A stretch of 64,000 nucleotides of DNA, taken from Squalus acanthias (lineage: Eukaryota). Numbering within the stretch: the first letter of the stretch is position 1; the number at the start of each line of letters is the position of its first letter. A model generated the notes under the pieces. The model made no database searches. It had not been told where the DNA came from and was given only the letters and a program-made list of their open reading frames with translations. The position numbers and the translations under genes are program-made. The stretch lies in the NCBI GenBank assembly GCA_030390025.1, contig CM059431.1:111354001-111418000 (forward strand). Direction: 5' to 3'. Shown here piece by piece: positions 57,655 to 64,000 of this stretch.

Positions 57655-59326
57655 TCTCTCTGCGTCTCTGTATCCTCCGATTCAGCTGGAGCAGAACGAC
57701 GCCCCCAATCAGTGCAGCCCCCATATTCTCTTTGCAAGCAAAGTAATGAAGGACAGCAACTAAAGTACCAGCGAAGTTAGGATCAATAGGCAAAACTACC
57801 TCACAAAGCGTTGAGTCAATGTAGAAGTCTCTCTTTCTCTCTCTCCGAATCTCTCTCTCTCTCTCAGAACGAGTGGTGCAAAAATGTCGACCACAGAAAA
57901 AGACAGGAAGAGGCCCCCTTTAAATAGCGCCCCCCCCCCAGCCCCACAGCGATTGATAGCGTTCCAGTCTTCCGGTCGTTGGAAGCGCCAGGCGGTAAGG
58001 CAGGGGGCGCCACTCAATTTCCACTCCGGGGCGCCACAAGGGCGTTGCACCATGGAATGACGTCACAATCTGCGCGCGCAGGTGGTCGCAGCGGTAAGTT
58101 TTAGCGCCGCCGCACAATCTCTAGTTAAGTTCCCGAGCGGCGCAAACATCGCTGCGCCCGGGCGTTAGCGGCTTTGCGCCCCATTAGCGCCCTCTTAAGG
58201 CGCTAACGGGAGGCGCAACCAACTGAATTTTTACCCCCAAGCAACTTACACAGGCTCTGAAGAGATTAAATGCGGCCGCGTTCCCCCTAACCCCATTTTT
58301 CCCATAGGGTCTTGTATTTGCCAACCGCGGTTTTACCAACCATGGGGGGTTTCGGGGACGTATCCCCCGCGGTTGGGGAGGGATTGCTGTACTTTGTAAG
58401 TTGAATTTACTGAAATAGAAACAGAAAATGCTGGTAATATGTAGCAGGTCAGTCATCATCTGTAAAGACAGGTTCAGACATTGCGGGTTTGTACATCATA
58501 TTCACTAGCAATTTGCAAATAATCATCAACAACAACTTACCTTTATACAGCACTCCATGGGCACCAACTACTGGGGCCTAGCATGAGGGGGCACAGCCTG
58601 CAATTTTCCAGTATGCCACTCCACTGTGTGTGAGGCTCCCACCAGTGGCACAAGGTCACAGAAAAGTTACTCTACTGCGAACAAAGCATTTTACAGGGCC
58701 ATGGATTGCGAATAAATACCAATTAGAGAGGTTAAGAGAAGGTAAAAGTACAAAGAGGAGAGTCCTAAGGTTTATGTAAAGCAGGGAGGAAGGTGGCAAG
58801 GCAGAGTTCCAGAGGGAGGGATAAGGTAGCTGAAGGAGTCGCTACTGATGGTGGAGTGGAGGGGAGCAGGGAACAAGAAGTAAGCAGTGTTAGAGGATCC
58901 TACAGTTCCTCTGTGTCAATCATCATTGCTTCAACAAATAATGCAGTGACGAACAAACACATTTTATTTCAATGCAATATTAGTAAATATCAAATCACAC
59001 CAATTATAACATACTAGCTCTGAAAAACACAATAAATGAAAATCAAAGAATAATCTATAAACTACAGTAGTTATACAATATAGTATTTCCAATCCCAAAT
59101 ATAACAATAAAAATGCATCATTTATATCAGGTGAGACTAGGCTGATGATATAGTAACATAATATTATTTTAGGCAGGAGGTGACCATTCGGCCATCTAAC
59201 CTATCCTTCCAAACCACCTGATCACTTTCCTTCTTAGAAATTTGGACCAATTAGCCTTGTATTTGTAGCCAACTTCTTTTTCTGGCTCTCATGTTAGCTG
59301 ATACTGTTAATGGTTCTCTCTCCTCA

Positions 59327-61640
59327 GGTACTGTCCCCCTCTCCTTCAAATCTGCCATCATCAGCCCTCTCCTCAAAAAAACAACCCTTGTCCCCCTCCG
59401 TCAATGCAAACTACCACCCCATCTCCAACCTCCCTTTCCTTTCCAAAGTCCTTGAACGTGTTGTCGCCTCCCAAATCCGTGCCCATCTTTCCCGGAAGTC
59501 CATGTTTGAATCACTCCAATCCGGTTTCCGCCCTTGCCACAGTACCGAAATGGCTCTTATCAAAGTCACAAATGACTGTGACAAAGGTAAATGATCCTTC
59601 CTTGTCCTTCTCGACCTGTCTGCAGCCTTTGACACGGTTGACCACTCCATCCTCCTCCAATGCCTCTCCACTGTCGTCCAGTTGAGTGGGACTGCACTCG
59701 CCTGGTTCCATTCTTATCTATCTAATCGTAGGCAGAGAATCTTCCCACTCCCGCATCGTTACCTCTGGTGTCCCCCAAGGATCTATCCTTGACCCCCCTC
59801 CTATTTCTCATCTACATGCTGCCCCTCGGCGACATCATCCGAAAACCTGGGGGGCGATTTTGCCAGCACTCAGGGGTCGGGTTTGGAGGCGGGTCTGCTG
59901 GCAAAATCAAAAAGATTGGCAGCGGGTCCCGAACCCGCTTCCAACCCGCCTCTAATCAATTTTCCCGGGAGTCGGGTCCCCGATTTGCGCAGGGACCCGA
60001 CTCCTAGCAGCGGGAAGAGGATTATAGCCACTTAACTGCTTGTTAACAGGCAGTTAATAGGCAGTAAAGAGGCTTTTTCCAATTTTGCCAGGTCAACGGC
60101 GGGCTTCCCGAGATCCGGACACCACGCCAGGTAAGTGTGGAGTGTTGTGAGTCTACGGTAATGTTTCTTCATTGATGACAGCTGCAGAAGTGGTGTGAAG
60201 GATCCAATGGTACACTGGTGAGTTTCAGAGGTAAGAAAATGCTGGGAAAATCATTTTTAATGTATTTAGACTTTTCTGTGGTTAATAAGGTTTGACGTGT
60301 TTGTGTAATCCCAGCTCATTGGGAGAACCTCTCTCACCAGTGACAGATCGCTTCTGTAACCTCACCTGCAGCTGCCATCTGTTTTATCCTAAAGAGAGAG
60401 ACTCTGGAGCGCCTGGGTGCAAGGGTTCACCTTTGTACAGTGATTGCCAGTGTTTGCAGCACCTCAATGCTGTCAAACACTGAAAAATCATCTGTCAAAC
60501 AAAAATGAATGTGTCCCCTTTAAGAAAACCGGCAGATGACGCATCATCAACCGATGTCATCTTAATTGGCCGAAAAGCCCGCCGGGCGGGCTTAACAAGG
60601 CCAATTGACGCAAAATAGCGTCTGTGCGTCGGGCGTCGTTGGGGGCGGGATCGGAACCCGCAAGTCAGCTGACCCGTTCCCAACTCGCCTCTTTAGGTAA
60701 GATCGCGGCCATAGTGTCAGTTTCCACAAGTACACTGACAACACTCAGCTCTACCTCACCACCACTTCTCTCGACCCCACCACTGTCTCTAAATTGTCAG
60801 ACTGCTTGTCCAACATCCAGTAATGGATGAGCAGAAATTTCCTCCAACTAAATATTGGGAAGATCGAAGCCATTGTCTTCAGTCCCCGCCACAAACTCCG
60901 TTCTCTAGCCACTGACTCCATCCATCTCCCTAGCATCTGTCTGAGGCTGAACCAGACTGTTCTCAACCTTGATGTCATATTTGACCCTGAAGTGAGCTTC
61001 TGACCACATATCCGTGCCATAACTAAGACCACCTATTTCCACCTCCGTAACATTGCCCGTCTCCGCCCCTGCCTCAGCTCATCTGCCACTGAAACCCTCA
61101 TCCATGTCTTTGTCACCTCTAGACTCGACTATTCCAACGCACTCCTGGCTGGCCTCCCACATTCTACCCAACATAAACTTGAGGTCATCCTAGCCCTATT
61201 CACCCATCACCCCTGTGCTCGCTGACCTACATTGGCTCCCAGTTAAGCAAAACCTCAATTTTAAAATTCTCAACCTTGTTTTCAAATCCCTCCATGGCCT
61301 TGCCCCTCCCTATCTCTGTAATCTCCTCCAGCCCCACAACACCCCCGAGATATCTGCGCTCCTCTAATTCTGCCCCCTTGAGCATCCCTGATTATAATCA
61401 CTCAATAATATAATCATTGGCGGCCGTGCCTTCAGCTGCCTAGGCTTTAAGCTCTGAAATTCCCTCCCTAAACCTCTCCGTCTCTCTACCTCTCTTTAAG
61501 ATGCTCCTTAAAACCTACCTCTTTGACCAAGTTGTTGCCCTAATTCTCCTTATGTGACTCGGTGTCAATTTTTGTTTTATAACACTCCTGTTGGGACGCT
61601 TTTTCTACGTTAAAGACTCTATATAAATACAAGTTGTTTT
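59327..61640 (+). mobile_element. Degraded L2 LINE interrupted by a MITE
   Basis: [47 protein letters not shown], and an L2-like 3' end ctatataaatacaagttg. Confidence 0.85.
59848..60710. mobile_element. Harbinger-like MITE inserted in L2
   Basis: The L2 sequence breaks at gacatcatccgaaaac and resumes atagtgtcagtttcc. Ends ggggcgatttt / aagatcgcggcc. A homologue lies at 1-438. Confidence 0.6.
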
Positions 61641-61684
61641 TGCATTGCTTTTCCTAATAGGATAATAGGAATTTATCCAGTCAT

Positions 61685-62215
61685 CTTTGAAATATTCCAT
61701 GACTTTTGGTTCCACCACAACCCCATCCACACCCTGGTAATCTATTCTGCAATTCTATCTCCCTCTTACTAAAATATAACATTGCCTACATTTCCTTTAT
61801 TCTTTTGACTCCCTTAATTTTAAACAGTATTCCCTAGTCCTCGAATCCTGTGCCTGAGAGAAGAACACTCAGATTTAAATTTTCCATACCCGTGAACATC
61901 TTAAATAACTTTATCAAGTTCATCCTGATCCTCCTCTTCTCCAGAGAGTAATGTCCCAGCGTAAACAATCCTTCCCCATAATGCAACCCTGTAAATTTAG
62001 GAATCAGCCTTGTGGCCATCCCTTTACTCCCTCCAATAATTGTAAATATTCCTGTAGTAATGGGATCAGAACTCCAGAACAATACTCCAGAAGCAGCCAT
62101 ACCAAAATCAGATATAATTTCAACATCACCTCCCCAACTTATAAATTTCACCCTTAGCTATCCAGCCAACATTATTTGCTTTCTTCACCTCCTACAAGCT
62201 CTGGACGAACAATTT
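61685..62215 (-). mobile_element. Old degraded CR1 fragment
   Basis: Encodes RLIPKFTGLHYGEGLFTLGHYSLEKRRIRMNLIKLFK. Confidence 0.55.
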
Positions 62216-62228
62216 TAACCGTCTCTTC

Positions 62229-63403
62229 CATAGAAACATAGAAACATAGAAGATAGGAGCAGGAGTAGGCCATTCGGCCCCTCGAGCCTGCTCCGCCATT
62301 CGATGAGATCATGGCTGATCATCCAAACTCAGTACCCTGTACCTGCCTTCGCCCCATATCCCTTGATACCTTTAGCTTTAAGAAATATATCTAACTCATT
62401 CTTGAATATATTTAATGACTTGGCCTCAACTACCTTCTGTGGTAGAGAATTCCACAGGTTCACCACTCTCTGGGTGAAGAAATTCTTCCTCATTTCTGTC
62501 CTAAATGGCTTACCCGTTATCCTTAGATTATGACCCCTGGTTCTGGACTCTCCGACCATCGGGAACATTCTTCCTGCATCTAGTTTGTCCAGACCTGTCA
62601 GAATTTTATATGTTTCGATGAGATCCCCTCTCATTCTTCTATACTCCAGCGAGTATAAGCCCAATCGACCCAATCTCTCCTCATATGTCATTCCTGTCAT
62701 CCCAGGTATCAGCCTTGTGAATCTTCGCTGAACTCCTTCCATGGCAAGAACATCCTTCCTCAGATAAGGCGACCAAAACTGCACACAGTACTCAAGGTGT
62801 GGTCTCACCAAGGCCCTGTACAACTGCAGCAGGACATCCCTGTTCCTATACTCAAACCCTTTCGCTATGAAGGCCAACATACCATTTGCCTTCTTCACCG
62901 CCTGCTGCACCTGCATGCTTACCTTCAGCGACTGGTGCACAAGGACACCCAGGTCTCGTTGCACTTCCCCTTCTCCCAATCTATTGCCATTCAGATAATA
63001 GTCTGCCTTTCTGTTTTTGACACCAAAGTGGATAACCTCGTATTTATCCACGTTATATTGCATCTGCCACGCTTCTGCCCACTCACCCAACCTGTCCAAA
63101 TCATCCTGGAGTTTCTCAGTATCCTCCTCGCAGCACACATGCCCACCCAGCTTTGTGTCATCTGCAAACTTGGAGATATTACATTTAGTTCCCTTATCTA
63201 GATCATTAATGTGTATTGTGAATAGCTGGGGTCCAAGGACCGATCCCTGCGGTACCCCACTAGTCACTGCTTGCCACTCGGAAAAAGACCCATTAATTCC
63301 TACTCTCTGCTTTCTGTCCGCCCACCAGTTCTCTATCCAAGTCAATACCTTGCCCCCAATCCCATGTGCCTTAACTTTACATTCTAATCTCTTATGTGGG
63401 ACC
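62229..63403 (-). mobile_element. Young 5'-truncated CR1, nearly identical to 46767-47935
   Basis: The 338-aa ORF is almost the same as ORF 46729-47838. (catagaaa)n tail on the + strand. Confidence 0.95.
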
Positions 63404-63439
63404 CTGCCTTGTCACGTCTCTGCATGTGAACATTTAAAA

Positions 63440-63668
63440 ATTTGCAGGGCTATGGGGAAAGGGCGTGGGAGTGGGACTAATTGGAGAGATCTTTCACAGA
63501 GCTGACACAGACACGATGGGCCAAATGGCCTCCTTTTGTGCTGTATAATTCTATGATTCTATAACTTAAATTCATTGAAAAAAAGCACTGAAAACCTGCT
63601 AGATAAAATAGAATTAGAGTAAAGCAACAGTTGGACTGAGATAGTACGTTCTATGATTCTATGATTCT
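63440..63668 (+). mobile_element. CR1 3' UTR with an 88-bp captured segment between tail repeats
   Basis: CR1 tail ttctatgattc, then 63560-63647, then ttctatgattctatgattc. Confidence 0.7.
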
Positions 63669-64000
63669 CGTTTCTTCGACCCAACCTCATGTACCAGAAG
63701 TCCGAGTATTTTCTCATGAACTTTATTTGAGTCCATTTAAAATCTGTTGTGAAAGAAATGTTAGAAACAGGCAAAAGTTTGGCAGATTATTGGTTTGTAA
63801 CCTCATTGTACTGTTCAGATCCTAAATGGCGAGAAATCCTGGGGTAAATAATCCCGACCTGGTGTCTAGACTGCGGGACTGATGTGCTGTGAGCGTTGTG
63901 CCTGCCCAAATTGGGAATGGCTGATCCCACTGAATCTTCTGAAGTCAGCACTAATTATATATTCAGTGTGAACTTCTTGTCCAGATTGGACCTCCCACCG

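Larger units (their letters stand above)
54100..58237. mobile_element. Near-intact autonomous-type PIF/Harbinger transposon
   Basis: Perfect 12-bp TIR GGGGTAAAAATT, CAA TSD, and convergent Myb and transposase genes. Confidence 0.95.
51196..58389 (+). mobile_element. Tigger/pogo transposon carrying two nested Harbinger insertions
   Basis: 23-bp TIR CAG(G/C)AATCCC(G/T)CCCCAACCGCGG with TA TSD, and transposase remnants. Confidence 0.9.

Overview
This window is repeat-rich eukaryotic DNA, very probably from a cartilaginous fish (shark): it carries Deu-domain tRNA SINEs resembling SacSINE1, plus CR1, L2, RTE and Penelope-like retroelements. I could not identify any host protein-coding exon. The standout feature is a minus-strand, 3'-truncated endogenous retrovirus-like provirus at ~1650-11420. 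Its 5' region has a 1654-bp LTR, an 18-nt tRNA-Arg PBS and an open gag. Gag is joined in frame to an open pol by a single UGA-CUAG readthrough codon, and pol has a dead RNase H tether plus a second active-type RNase H. Its env (one 1-bp frameshift) reads signal peptide, immunoglobulin-like domain, then a furin-cleaved class I fusion protein resembling paramyxo/pneumovirus F. The architecture fits the lokiretrovirus lineage, and the Ig domain is the unusual part. A diverged solo LTR of the same group lies at 32142-33795. The rest is nested transposons: a near-intact Harbinger and its MITE inside a Tigger, a full-length esterase-type CR1, older Harbingers, hAT and Tc1/mariner MITEs, and Penelope fragments with minimal hammerhead ribozyme motifs. 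Family names come from motif recognition by eye, not database searches, and boundaries of degraded repeats are approximate.
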